From positions 1 through 64,000 of the forward strand of contig CAVZMI010000029.1 in NCBI GenBank assembly GCA_963776275.1: DNA of 64,000 nt. The letters run 5' to 3'. Of the stretch, positions 1 through 8,882 are shown piece by piece. The notes under the pieces are model-generated. The model searched no databases, had not been told where the DNA came from, and worked only from the letters and a program-made list of their open reading frames with translations. The stretch comes from Ignavibacteriota bacterium. Its GTDB lineage: Bacteria > Bacteroidota > Ignavibacteria > UBA10030 > CAVZMI01. The translations under genes and the position numbers were made by a program. The stretch's first letter is position 1. Each line of letters opens with the position of its first letter.

Positions 1-1
1 G

Positions 2-397
2 CGGCTCCACCGCGCCCCCGCCCGCCAGGGCATCCACCGTGGAGCTGGCCAGCCGGTAGAGCGTCTCGTCGGCGTCGCTCTCGGGCGCGCACTCGTCGAG
101 CAGCTCCGCGAAGTACCCCGTGTAGCCGAGCGCCTCGCCGCCCCCCGTCCACAGCGCCGATCCCAGCGGCTCGGCGTAGTTGAGGGAGACCAGCTCGCGG
201 TTCTCCTTCTCGAAGTACGTCAGCCCTGCGCGGGTCAACGGCTCGAGCGCCCCGCCAAAGCGCGACCGCATCCGGCGGGCGCCGGGCGCCACGCCGCGCT
301 TCTTGCCGCGATCGCGCGTCAGGAACACGACAATGCGATCGACCTCGCCGAGTTTGTAGGTGCGGAGGATGATCGCTTCGGTCGTGTAGAGCGGCAT
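2..397 (-). CDS. recO: DNA repair protein RecO (N-terminal part; runs off window)
   Basis: Manual translation from ATG at 397: MPLYTTEAIILRTYKLGEVDRIVVFLTRDRGKKRGVAPGARRMRSRFGGALEP, a typical RecO OB-fold N-terminus; follows era as in the conserved era-recO order. Confidence 0.93.
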   Translation of the reverse strand, partial: MPLYTTEAIILRTYKLGEVDRIVVFLTRDRGKKRGVAPGARRMRSRFGGALEPLTRAGLTYFEKENRELVSLNYAEPLGSALWTGGGEALGYTGYFAELLDECAPESDADETLYRLASSTVDALAGGGAVEP

Positions 398-479
398 CAC
401 AGGGGCGCACGGGCACCGGCGCGGGCGCGTCCCTCATTCTATCCTGCTTTGATCGCCCCAGTTACACCCGCCCCTAAGC

Positions 480-576
480 CCGGCGCTCACTTGTGTCGGC
501 GATGCGCCGGGAATGGAGCACGTGGGCTTCAGCCCGCGTGCCCGGGGCGAAGAACCCATCACAAGTGAGCCCCGGG
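480..576. repeat. Intergenic inverted repeat / REP-like hairpin
   Basis: gctcacttgtg (~485-495) vs cacaagtgagc (~560-570), enclosing the hairpin gcacgtgggcttcagcccgcgtgc. Confidence 0.45.
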
Positions 577-577
577 A

Positions 578-1468
578 TTAGTCGTCGTCCCGGACGCCCA
601 ACTCGTCCAGGAGCCGGGGGTCCTCGCGCCAGTTGGCGCTGGCCTTGACCCGGAGATCCAGGTAGACCCGCGCGTTGAAGAACGTCTCCAGTTCTTCGCG
701 CGCTTCCGTCCCGATCCGCTTGATCATCGCCCCGCCGCGGCCAATCACGATAGGCTTCTGGGACTCCCGCTCGACCAGGATCGTGCAGAACAGGCGCATT
801 ACGCCGCGGTCGTCCGCCTCCTCGAACCGATCGATCAGGACCGCCGACGAAAACGGCAGTTCGTCCCGCGTGTGCCGCAGCACCTTCTCCCGGACAATCT
901 CGGCCACGTAGAACCGTTCGGGCTGGTCGGTGAGATAGTCTTGCGGGTAGAGGGCCTCGCCCTCGGGCAGGTAACGCAGCAGCGCCTGCTCGAGCACCGC
1001 CTCATTCTCCCCGGTCAGGGCCGACACCGGCACGAGCTCCTTGAACGGCGCCAGGCGGCTCCACTGATCGAGGAGCGGCAGCAGCGCGGGCTTGGCGACC
1101 ACGTCGATCTTATTGAGCGCCAGCACAACCGGTACGGTGGCCCTGGTCAGCAGATCGGCGAGGTACCGATCTCCGCCCCCGACGGGCTCGGTGGCGTCGG
1201 CCACCGCGCACACCAGGTCGGCCTGGCTGAGGCTTTGCACGGCCACATCGACCATGCGGACATTCATCCGGTGCAGCGGCCGATGGATGCCGGGCGTGTC
1301 GATGAACACGATCTGGCCGCCCTCGCCGTTGCGCACGCCGACAATCCGGTTGCGGGTGGTCTGAGGCTTGTCCGAGACGATGGCCACCTTCTGCCCGACG
1401 AGGCGGTTCAGCAGCGTGGATTTTCCGGCGTTCGGCCGCCCGACCAGTGCGACAAACCCGGCCTTCAT
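578..1468 (-). CDS. era: GTPase Era
   Basis: True start MKAGFVALVGRPNAGKST at 1468; G1 GRPNAGKS, G2 PQTTR, G3 DTPG, G4 NKID, C-terminal KH domain (VIGRGG..IKRIG). Confidence 0.97.
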   Translation of the reverse strand: MKAGFVALVGRPNAGKSTLLNRLVGQKVAIVSDKPQTTRNRIVGVRNGEGGQIVFIDTPGIHRPLHRMNVRMVDVAVQSLSQADLVCAVADATEPVGGGDRYLADLLTRATVPVVLALNKIDVVAKPALLPLLDQWSRLAPFKELVPVSALTGENEAVLEQALLRYLPEGEALYPQDYLTDQPERFYVAEIVREKVLRHTRDELPFSSAVLIDRFEEADDRGVMRLFCTILVERESQKPIVIGRGGAMIKRIGTEAREELETFFNARVYLDLRVKASANWREDPRLLDELGVRDDD

Positions 1469-1760
1469 GAGACCGTGTGCTCCTGGGACTCGCCGGTCCC
1501 CTGCGCCGCCCCGTCGGCTGGTGCCGCCCTGCGCCTGACCCGCACGCGGTGGATACGCCGGCGCTCCGCGTCGAGGACCTCCACTGTGAGCACCCCGATG
1601 TCGAACACCTCCCCGACGGCGGGCACACGGCCCAGGCTGGCGAGCAGGTACCCGCCGAAGGTCTCGAAGCCCTCCCGCTCGATCTGCAGGCCGAGGCGAT
1701 CGGCGACCGTTTCGATGTCGGCGTTCCCGGTCACGACGAACGTCCGGTTGCCCTCGTAGC
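1465..1760 (-). pseudogene. C-terminal CorC/HlyC transporter-associated domain of a hemolysin/CBS-domain protein; 5' part missing at junction
   Basis: TFVVTGNADIETVADRLGLQIEREGFETFGGYLLASLGRVPAVGEVF..VEVLDAERRRIHRVRV; ATGA overlap with era; upstream sequence changes composition. Confidence 0.8.
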
Positions 1761-1974
1761 TCCCTTGGAGTTGTCGAACACGCCACCGCCGCCACCGAGT
1801 GATACCGGACGACGATAGAACTGCTGGGGACGAGTGGAAATTGGGCATATCTCCAATCAATGCATCACGATTTGCCGAGACGGCATTCGTCTTAAACATG
1901 GTGATACCGACCGCTACGGCGATACCAACGATGATCACTCCTAGAATGATCAACAGAAGTTGTTGTTGTCCCAT
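1761..1974 (-). pseudogene. Pilin-like protein (MGQQQLLLIILGVIIVGIAV family), frameshifted near 1835-1850 and truncated at junction
   Basis: Prepilin-like hydrophobic N-terminus; the QQFYRRPVSLGGGGG continuation lies in another frame; RBS aggagg at ~1983-1988. Confidence 0.7.
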
Positions 1975-2379
1975 AGTAATAACCTCCTAATGTGAATAAG
2001 AGAACTAGTAATTGTGAAATGTGATTTGTGAATTTCTTCGGAAATATTGAGGGTTAACCTCGTGAATTATACTTTTTTGTACTATAAATACACGCAACTG
2101 ATATGCCAATTTACTCAATGGGGGTAAATCCGCTAAAAACGATACTTTCTATGGAAGTGAAGGGAGAAACGGTAATAATTACTTTTTTTGAGGTGTTACC
2201 TTTACCGATTTACAGGATAGTGGTTCCCGAGGGGCTGAATCCGAAAAAAGACGTCGGGACTGCCCGCCTCGCCGAGCTCGCTACACTGAAGTACCTTCAG
2301 ACTATAGTCTTCAGCCGTATTTCTTAAATAAGAATGGATAGCAAGAAATCTTCGCCATCCATCATTCTTCACTCTACAA

Positions 2380-2737
2380 TCAAAATTCATAATTGACTGG
2401 TGGGCCCTGTAGGGCTCGAACACTACCCTTCCTTTCGGAAGGGTAGTACTGCTCGCACTACCTTCGGTAGTACTCGCCGCCTACGACCCGCATCGCAGGC
2501 AATATCCACATAAAAATTCATCATTCTGAATTCAAAATTCATAATTGACTAGTGGGCCCTGTAGGGCTCGAACACTACCCTTCCTTTCGGAAGGGTAGTA
2601 CTGCTCGCACTACCTTCGGTAGTACTCGCCGCCTACGACCCGCATCGCAGGCAATATCCACATAAAAATTCATCATTCTGAATTCAAAATTCATAATTGA
2701 CTAGTGGGCCCTGTAGGGCTCGAACCTACGACCCGCA
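2380..2737 (-). repeat. 152-bp tandem array of tRNA-Ile 3'-end copies; two copies carry a 59-nt double-hairpin insertion in the T-arm
   Basis: tgggccctgtagggctcgaa starts at 2401, 2553 and 2705 (period 152); insertions 2421-2479 and 2573-2631. Confidence 0.9.
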
Positions 2738-2753
2738 GATTATGAGTCTGCTG
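2702..2753 (-). tRNA. 3' fragment of tRNA-Ile2(CAT), anticodon arm to 3' end, no D-arm; prophage att core
   Basis: Minus strand GCAGA-CTCATAA-TCTGC GGGTC GTAGG-TTCGAGC-CCTAC AGGGCCC A; the 5' acceptor strand and D-arm are replaced by phage DNA. Confidence 0.85.
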
Positions 2754-2809
2754 ATATTGCGGAAAAAAGCTTAAAAAACATATCGAGAAGGCCACTTTTA
2801 TGCATGAGA

Positions 2810-2831
2810 TGCTACAAATCTGCTACCAACC
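2810..2831. promoter_or_regulatory. Putative tyrosine-integrase arm-type binding sites
   Basis: Direct repeat TGCTACAAATC / TGCTACCAACC about 60 bp inside the att core. Confidence 0.5.
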
Positions 2832-2865
2832 TATTCATATCCATTTACAACCATTCATATTGAAG

Positions 2866-3555
2866 CTAATAGCTTGTTACATTCTGCCACCTTTGCAACT
2901 TTCGCATCTCCCTCGATATCCTCTGAATCTTCTCAGCATATGCCCGTGGTTCCGGAAGGATCGTGTACTTCACAATCTCCCAACTCGCGCCATGTTTATT
3001 GAGACGATCGCGGATCCGGCCTTCGCCGGTATTGTAACTGGCAGTCGCAAAAAGCTCCATCAACTGCCTATCAGACTGCAACATTCTCCTGGCTCTGGGA
3101 TTTTTCGTCGTTAAAAGAATACGCTCGATGTCCTTCATGTATCTCGACATTGCATTGATACTCCAGATAGGATTGTATATCCCTGGACACCATTCTTCAT
3201 CCGTTGCACATTGAGGACTTATTATCAATGCACCATAGCGTGTGGCTGTCGGCCAGATAAATTGACAAAGCCCGGCAGCTCCCATCCTTTTTCTTATAGC
3301 AGTCACTGTATCGATGCCCTGTCGCTTCCAGCCGGCGTAGTCCGACGTCGCCCGTGGGTTAAATCCACTCTCCGAATAGATCTGCGCCAAACGATCATAG
3401 AACTTTGACCTATCCGAATATACCCTGTCTACAGCTGATAACAACTCTCCATCCCAAAGGAAACAATATTTTCCCTCGTATGTCGGGTCCTTAGAATAGC
3501 AAAGCAATGGCCACAGCCACAAGACCAGCAAAGATAGCAACCGCAATATTGCCAT
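2866..3555 (-). CDS. Lytic transglycosylase (SLT) endolysin with N-terminal signal/SAR-like segment
   Basis: AQIYSESGFNPRATS, GAAGLCQFIWPTA and ASYNTGEG motifs. Confidence 0.85.
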   Translation of the reverse strand: MAILRLLSLLVLWLWPLLCYSKDPTYEGKYCFLWDGELLSAVDRVYSDRSKFYDRLAQIYSESGFNPRATSDYAGWKRQGIDTVTAIRKRMGAAGLCQFIWPTATRYGALIISPQCATDEEWCPGIYNPIWSINAMSRYMKDIERILLTTKNPRARRMLQSDRQLMELFATASYNTGEGRIRDRLNKHGASWEIVKYTILPEPRAYAEKIQRISREMRKLQRWQNVTSY

Positions 3556-3802
3556 TATTTATCGACTCCTGAATACTGAGTTTTGGATATGCAAATTTTG
3601 TGAAAAGCAAAACAGCAGTCATACCAAATCCAAGTCTTAAAATTCCCCCGATAACTGCATGTGCATTGTCTTCTATCCATATCATATTCCCGACGATCGA
3701 TAAAATCAATACTGCAGCCAGAACCAATATTATCGACATCGCATGACGCTGAATATTGTACTTCATACGCTCCAAGAAGCTGTGATTAATTTGATCATCC
3801 AT
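3491..3802 (-). CDS. Putative holin (3 TM segments)
   Basis: Start MDDQIN at 3802 with RBS aggggg; hydrophobic segments; directly upstream of endolysin. Confidence 0.55.
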   Translation of the reverse strand: MDDQINHSFLERMKYNIQRHAMSIILVLAAVLILSIVGNMIWIEDNAHAVIGGILRLGFGMTAVLLFTKFAYPKLSIQESINNGNIAVAIFAGLVAVAIALLF

Positions 3803-3810
3803 AATTCCCC

Positions 3811-4938
3811 CTATAAGATTGAAACCTCTATGACAAGCGTTACTGAAAGATTCCAACATTGGCCATTGATTCCGGTTACCTGTACTTCGATACAATCAAA
3901 ATCGTTAAGTATAATCGGTGTCGGTGATATTTCCGATGGTTCGGTAGTTGCGTGAATAGTATTCCAATCAGATACATCTTCGCCGTTTAATATCACCTTG
4001 CAATCCGTATACGCTCCTTCATCCTCAGCATATAGAAGCATTGACCGTGCCTTAATCACCTTTTTTATCCCACCTGCCGGCACGCTGAAGATATGAGCTG
4101 GTATTTTGTTGTATTGAGGATTATCCGGATCTGGCAACTGGAAATTATCGCGCATTTCAAATGTGTGTTCATAGGTGAACGTGTTCACTTTCGGGCTGAA
4201 TATAGAAAAATAATTTGTCGCCCGCTTTTCTGTAACCGTCAACTCACCGCCTGATTTTTGCACATCGGCAAAGTATATCTGATCACTGGTGACAGCTCCC
4301 TGTGTCACAATAAACAGATAGGAATCCTGTTCAAATATTCTCCAATTTTCATTAGTTGAGGGAAGATATGCTTCGTCCGGGAAATGACCGCCGATCGCAA
4401 ACTGCACGGATTCTGTCTGACCACTGAATGCTTTTTTCAAAGTAAGATGTGTATCATTTTCAACACTATCGACCTGATAGATCCCATTATTTCCAAGCGC
4501 ACTATCCAGAATCACAAGATTTAGATTATGATCGATGTTTTCTGTGAATTTCGTTCCAATGCCAACGATCGAAGTACCATTTTGTAAGGTTATAGTCCCC
4601 GGTTCATAATATGTCGGTGCATACTGCGCCAAGATTTTGTAGGTCCCATCTGATTGTTCGGTCAGATCGATGGTTTGAGTTTCAGTTTCTCGTATTGATC
4701 GGACCTTACCCAATGCATCCTTCACCACAGCACTGAATGGTGCGATATTAATTTTAAGACCATCTATTGTTATTGAGCCTTCATCTGACCATCCGTCTGG
4801 TGTTTGAACAATAAGAAATCCATAGCTATTAATGAATCGTTCGAAAATGAATGAGAAGGATCTGAACAATAGTTCAAATCCCCACTTAAGCGTGAAAGGC
4901 GTGAACCATAATCCTTTTTTCGTCAATAGATTAGCCAT
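3811..4938 (-). CDS. Tail fibre/baseplate-associated protein
   Basis: PGTITLQNGTSIVGIGTKFTE motif typical of tail fibre proteins; position. Confidence 0.55.
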   Translation of the reverse strand: MANLLTKKGLWFTPFTLKWGFELLFRSFSFIFERFINSYGFLIVQTPDGWSDEGSITIDGLKINIAPFSAVVKDALGKVRSIRETETQTIDLTEQSDGTYKILAQYAPTYYEPGTITLQNGTSIVGIGTKFTENIDHNLNLVILDSALGNNGIYQVDSVENDTHLTLKKAFSGQTESVQFAIGGHFPDEAYLPSTNENWRIFEQDSYLFIVTQGAVTSDQIYFADVQKSGGELTVTEKRATNYFSIFSPKVNTFTYEHTFEMRDNFQLPDPDNPQYNKIPAHIFSVPAGGIKKVIKARSMLLYAEDEGAYTDCKVILNGEDVSDWNTIHATTEPSEISPTPIILNDFDCIEVQVTGINGQCWNLSVTLVIEVSIL

Positions 4939-5634
4939 TTACTCCTCCAGGTCGAAGAAACATCTCACATTATAAATTGCTGGAACAACCTCTTTTCGAA
5001 CGATCTTCTTTATTTCATTATTACTTCTATTCCCGGCGTTAATCATCGTAATATCAATCATATTATCCAGTCCAAGAAACGATAGGCTATAATCCTCATC
5101 ATATTCTTCTCCGACAAATCCTGGACTTGTCACATCCAATATCCACCCACACTCGAGTTCTTCATGACTTGTCATTGTGATATTATCCGTATTACACATC
5201 AAAGCTATATCCCAATACATACCCCATAATGTTCCGCGTATCATATGCATTATCAAAGTATCTGGCGATTCCATCCTCTCATCTTCTGGGTAATTTGGCC
5301 AAGCATAGTCCTCTTCTTCTTCCCGTCCACTGAGAAATATCTTATTTATATTGGCATACATTTGCCCGCTTTTGCCGGCATGATAAAAGTCCTTAAGTTT
5401 TTTTATTGCCTCTCTCAATTCTCTTAAAAGACTCTGAACTGCCGTATTGAGCACGGTCCGTAATTTTACATCATAAATTCCTCCAACCGAGAGAGTTATT
5501 CCACCCGTTGGCACTATATGAGATTCTTTTCTTGCCGATCCATTTCCGCTTAGTTCTATTCCACCAATATAAACCGGTGGATAATAGCTTCCGCCGAGGG
5601 CAACATTACCAACTATTTCTGTCCCAACAATCAT
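4939..5634 (-). CDS. Baseplate wedge (gpI-like) protein
   Basis: Likely start MIVGTE at 5634; position; C-terminal IKKIVRKEVVPA motif. Confidence 0.45.
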   Translation of the reverse strand: MIVGTEIVGNVALGGSYYPPVYIGGIELSGNGSARKESHIVPTGGITLSVGGIYDVKLRTVLNTAVQSLLRELREAIKKLKDFYHAGKSGQMYANINKIFLSGREEEEDYAWPNYPEDERMESPDTLIMHMIRGTLWGMYWDIALMCNTDNITMTSHEELECGWILDVTSPGFVGEEYDEDYSLSFLGLDNMIDITMINAGNRSNNEIKKIVRKEVVPAIYNVRCFFDLEE

Positions 5635-5645
5635 CGTCTTCCTTA

Positions 5646-8441
5646 TTAACTCCCTATTGTCAATTTGATTTCTGTCTCTGAAACAGCACGTCCCAGTTTC
5701 CATGGCGACGGTGTTGTCGTAATATTGCCATATCTATCAAGATAATATGTTTCATCAATTTCTAAGCCCGTATGAACAGCAGACACATCACTCATTAACG
5801 CAACACTTTCTTCTGCTCCCTCATCCCCGGATTCTTGGACTATACCCGTAGCCAAACTACGATCGTCCTGGAATACTTTTGCCATTAAAATTCCTGATTC
5901 GAGATAACAACTGGCAAAAATAGAATTTGTCAACGCGGCTATACCGGATGCTGATGTTGCCCGAGATGCATTGATAGATTCGCTTATGAATAATAAATTA
6001 TCATCAATTATTTTTATAAAATAATATTCATATGAATGAGAACCGGACGAAGAATTTGGATTTGTCATACCGACAACTACCACATCTTTCGCCATTTTAT
6101 CACAGGCAATACCCATTGGAACATATGGCGCACTCTTTATTAATGATTCCGAACCGATCATAAGCAAATACGATTCAGGGATTGTTAATATACAACCAAG
6201 CACTTTCGGACCTTCCGGACTTAACGCTGTTGTATTAAAAAATATTATAGATTTTCCTTGCTGAATATTTACACCTGAAATAGAAGTAGGCAAATTACTT
6301 CCTGCACTATCCAGTACCTTTGCAATACCAAATACCAAGCCTATGTTGCGAACAAATCCTGGAACGATATATTCCTTTGAATCAGAAGCAAGATAGTAGG
6401 CAATGGCCATAGAATCATCCGACATCTTGACGAGAACCGGATTGCTAATTGAGCTGCTCTTAAAAACATAATCACCTACAAGAGTCACAACCGTCCCGCT
6501 TACTTCGCCCAGCACCGCATGTCCATATCCACCCGAATTGGCTGATCCGACAGCAACAAACAAACCATTTGCAAGTACAATAACCGATTTACAGTTCACC
6601 GTCGAGCTTAATTGAGTGGGTGAAGCAAATGTTACTGTGCTTCCCGATATCGTCGCAACCAAACCATTGATAGTACTGGTTCCATATACAAGTATAAATG
6701 ATGAATCTGATAATTTATCGACATAACTATAAATGCTGCCAGCATTATATGAGGCGACGGTCCCGATAGTTACAACATCATTGACTACTGTACCCACCAT
6801 AGCCTTGACCATACCATCATCGTTGATAACAATAACGAATTTATTACCAGAGATCGATATTGCTTTAACCACGTATGAACCTGATAGACCGTCAAGTATG
6901 ATATTTCTTCTATTTGTCAGAATGTTGTTTGAAACATTATAAATAGTTGCATAACCAGGATTTACTACGGTAACTGCTTTTGTGGTTGAAAGAACAACCA
7001 GCGGATTATATACAGAGATATCATCATTTGATATATAAGAAATTACCGCGGATCCCTCCATTGTAATATTATTTCCCGATACAGTGCCGATTTGAGCTCT
7101 CGATTGATAGACGTCCTGCGGATTCCATGAAACAATAAAAGAAGATGATGTCAATTTAATTATATATGAATAATCCGTTTGGTTCTCATAGAATGTAACT
7201 GGAGTCTGAATTGTTATTGTCGAACCTGAAATATTTCCAACGACAACCATTCCATAATAACCACCGCCCGAATACGCAATGACAACCTTGGTCGCTGATA
7301 ATGCACAAATACTGTTATGTGCTACATTTGTTGGACCGAGAGATGTAGGCGTACCGGCAGATATTGTCGATCCACTTATTGTACAAACGACAGCTTTGAG
7401 AGTTGTATCAAAAAACAATACAACAAAGCTCGTTGAATTCAATAGAGTTAGTGCAGGCATCCATGCATTCCCCGAACTATTATATGTACCAACCGTTCCC
7501 CATGAAATTGTGCGTCCACTGATATCGCCAATGACAGCTTTACTACTATATTCACAAACCACTACTATCCGAGATGAAGTGATTACACAAACATGGATAT
7601 CATCTGCATCGAAAGATCCATATGGTAACTGAGCGCTGCCGATAGTCAGACTATTGTCCGATCCTACATCGATGACCCAACATTTTGTATAATGGGTGGT
7701 ATTTTCGCGAATGGTAAATACCAATTTTGTCGAAAGTAGGCTGACAAGGCTGATCGATGAATATGGCGTCGCTCCGGGAATACCGGTCGAACTCATCATT
7801 ACAATCTGGCGGCCATTGTCTACTATGTCATAGATCGCCAGATTGCATGCGTTGGTGGATGATACATAGACAACTGCCATTTTTGTCTCAGATAATGGGG
7901 CAGCAGCCATCCGTGTTATCGAGACCGATAGATCAATGGGCACCTCGGGTGTCGATAGATTTTGGATTATTTTCTGTGCCTTTGGTCCTCCATCATTGAT
8001 GATTTTTACAATATCGCCTGCAGTCAATGCTTCATCATAAATCACACTTCTTCCACCAATCGAATTCATAACCGTATTCAATGCTGAATTTATATCGTCC
8101 CGGTCCTTCTTCGACCAGGTAAGAATGGCCCGATATGTTGTATTCGCGATATTATGATCCTCAGCATCGGTATCTTGTTGACCTCTTAGAAGTCCGCTGA
8201 GTGTTGCTATACCATCGCTCCATGACATAGCTCCGACCCGGATATATTCTCTTTTTGTATCCAGATTAGGATGTGCATATTGTGCATTATAGACAAGGAT
8301 GTCATACATTCCCTCCGTAGCCGGATTTGGTATGTCGACTTGATTTGCACATACAACATCAATACTCGTCGCCTCGATGTCAAAAACACCGACCACATCA
8401 TAAACAGGGAAATTACGCTTAGGATCAAGATAGATTCTCAT
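5646..8441 (-). CDS. Receptor-binding/tail fibre protein with ~50-aa Ser/Thr-rich beta repeats
   Basis: N-terminal LLRGQQDTDAEDH anchor motif; repeated ISG.TIT.GT units; C-terminal TGL...YYL..G...LGRAVS. Confidence 0.65.
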   Translation of the reverse strand: MRIYLDPKRNFPVYDVVGVFDIEATSIDVVCANQVDIPNPATEGMYDILVYNAQYAHPNLDTKREYIRVGAMSWSDGIATLSGLLRGQQDTDAEDHNIANTTYRAILTWSKKDRDDINSALNTVMNSIGGRSVIYDEALTAGDIVKIINDGGPKAQKIIQNLSTPEVPIDLSVSITRMAAAPLSETKMAVVYVSSTNACNLAIYDIVDNGRQIVMMSSTGIPGATPYSSISLVSLLSTKLVFTIRENTTHYTKCWVIDVGSDNSLTIGSAQLPYGSFDADDIHVCVITSSRIVVVCEYSSKAVIGDISGRTISWGTVGTYNSSGNAWMPALTLLNSTSFVVLFFDTTLKAVVCTISGSTISAGTPTSLGPTNVAHNSICALSATKVVIAYSGGGYYGMVVVGNISGSTITIQTPVTFYENQTDYSYIIKLTSSSFIVSWNPQDVYQSRAQIGTVSGNNITMEGSAVISYISNDDISVYNPLVVLSTTKAVTVVNPGYATIYNVSNNILTNRRNIILDGLSGSYVVKAISISGNKFVIVINDDGMVKAMVGTVVNDVVTIGTVASYNAGSIYSYVDKLSDSSFILVYGTSTINGLVATISGSTVTFASPTQLSSTVNCKSVIVLANGLFVAVGSANSGGYGHAVLGEVSGTVVTLVGDYVFKSSSISNPVLVKMSDDSMAIAYYLASDSKEYIVPGFVRNIGLVFGIAKVLDSAGSNLPTSISGVNIQQGKSIIFFNTTALSPEGPKVLGCILTIPESYLLMIGSESLIKSAPYVPMGIACDKMAKDVVVVGMTNPNSSSGSHSYEYYFIKIIDDNLLFISESINASRATSASGIAALTNSIFASCYLESGILMAKVFQDDRSLATGIVQESGDEGAEESVALMSDVSAVHTGLEIDETYYLDRYGNITTTPSPWKLGRAVSETEIKLTIGS

Positions 8442-8453
8442 ATCTTCTACTCC

Positions 8454-8861
8454 TTAATTCCATTCGATGACTGGCTTGATAGCTACCTTATCGCCGGCGT
8501 ATTGAATCGGTACTGGATATGGTAACTTATCTGCATAAAATATTTTTGTAGGATCACTTGATAAAACAATAAAATATCCCCGGACAAAAATCTGTTGAAC
8601 TGGCTGCGTGAGTGTCCAGAGTTGCTCTGCATATTCTGAGGTAGTCTTACCATCTTCTGTCGAAATTATCCAATTCCCATGAACCAGCGTTTTTGCTTGA
8701 TAACCACAACCGGTCAACTCTGTGAATGAAGCAACCGTATCTGTTTTATCGATCGACGTTTTCTCGTTTGTAAATAATTTGATCAAAAGATCGGGTGAGG
8801 TAGATTTATTAAGTACTATCTCCGCTACATTCCGATCGCCTTCGCTTGGAAATACTATCAT
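8454..8861 (-). CDS. Phage tail-associated protein
   Basis: ORF track; FTELTGCGYQAKTL motif common in tail modules. Confidence 0.5.
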   Translation of the reverse strand: MIVFPSEGDRNVAEIVLNKSTSPDLLIKLFTNEKTSIDKTDTVASFTELTGCGYQAKTLVHGNWIISTEDGKTTSEYAEQLWTLTQPVQQIFVRGYFIVLSSDPTKIFYADKLPYPVPIQYAGDKVAIKPVIEWN

Positions 8862-8882
8862 GTTTTTCTCCCCAGTAAAAAT

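Noticed and set aside
872-1759. Plus-strand ORFs antisense to era and to phage genes throughout the window
   Set aside because: They overlap well-supported minus-strand genes and lack motifs or RBS.
1469-1795. N-terminal extension of Era in the ORF track
   Set aside because: Off-frame read-through of the upstream CorC gene; Era starts at 1468.
1465-1974. Novel pilin-CorC fusion protein
   Set aside because: Spans a composition break and a frameshift; most likely a chimeric junction.
2170-2183. Third copy of the late-promoter motif (CGGTAATAATTAC)
   Set aside because: Only 13 of 23 nt match, it lies outside the prophage on the other strand, and -10 spacing is not conserved.
2103-2423. Short ORFs between pilin and tRNA repeats
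   Set aside because: No recognisable motifs or RBS; they overlap each other and the repeat.
2380-2737. CRISPR array
   Set aside because: Units are identical (no unique spacers), derive from a tRNA 3' end, and no cas genes are present.
2702-2775. Intact tRNA-Met/Ile gene
   Set aside because: D-arm and 5' acceptor strand are absent; it is an att-site fragment.
3811-8441. Diversity-generating retroelement targeting tail fibres
   Set aside because: No reverse transcriptase or adenine-variant repeat pair seen in the window.
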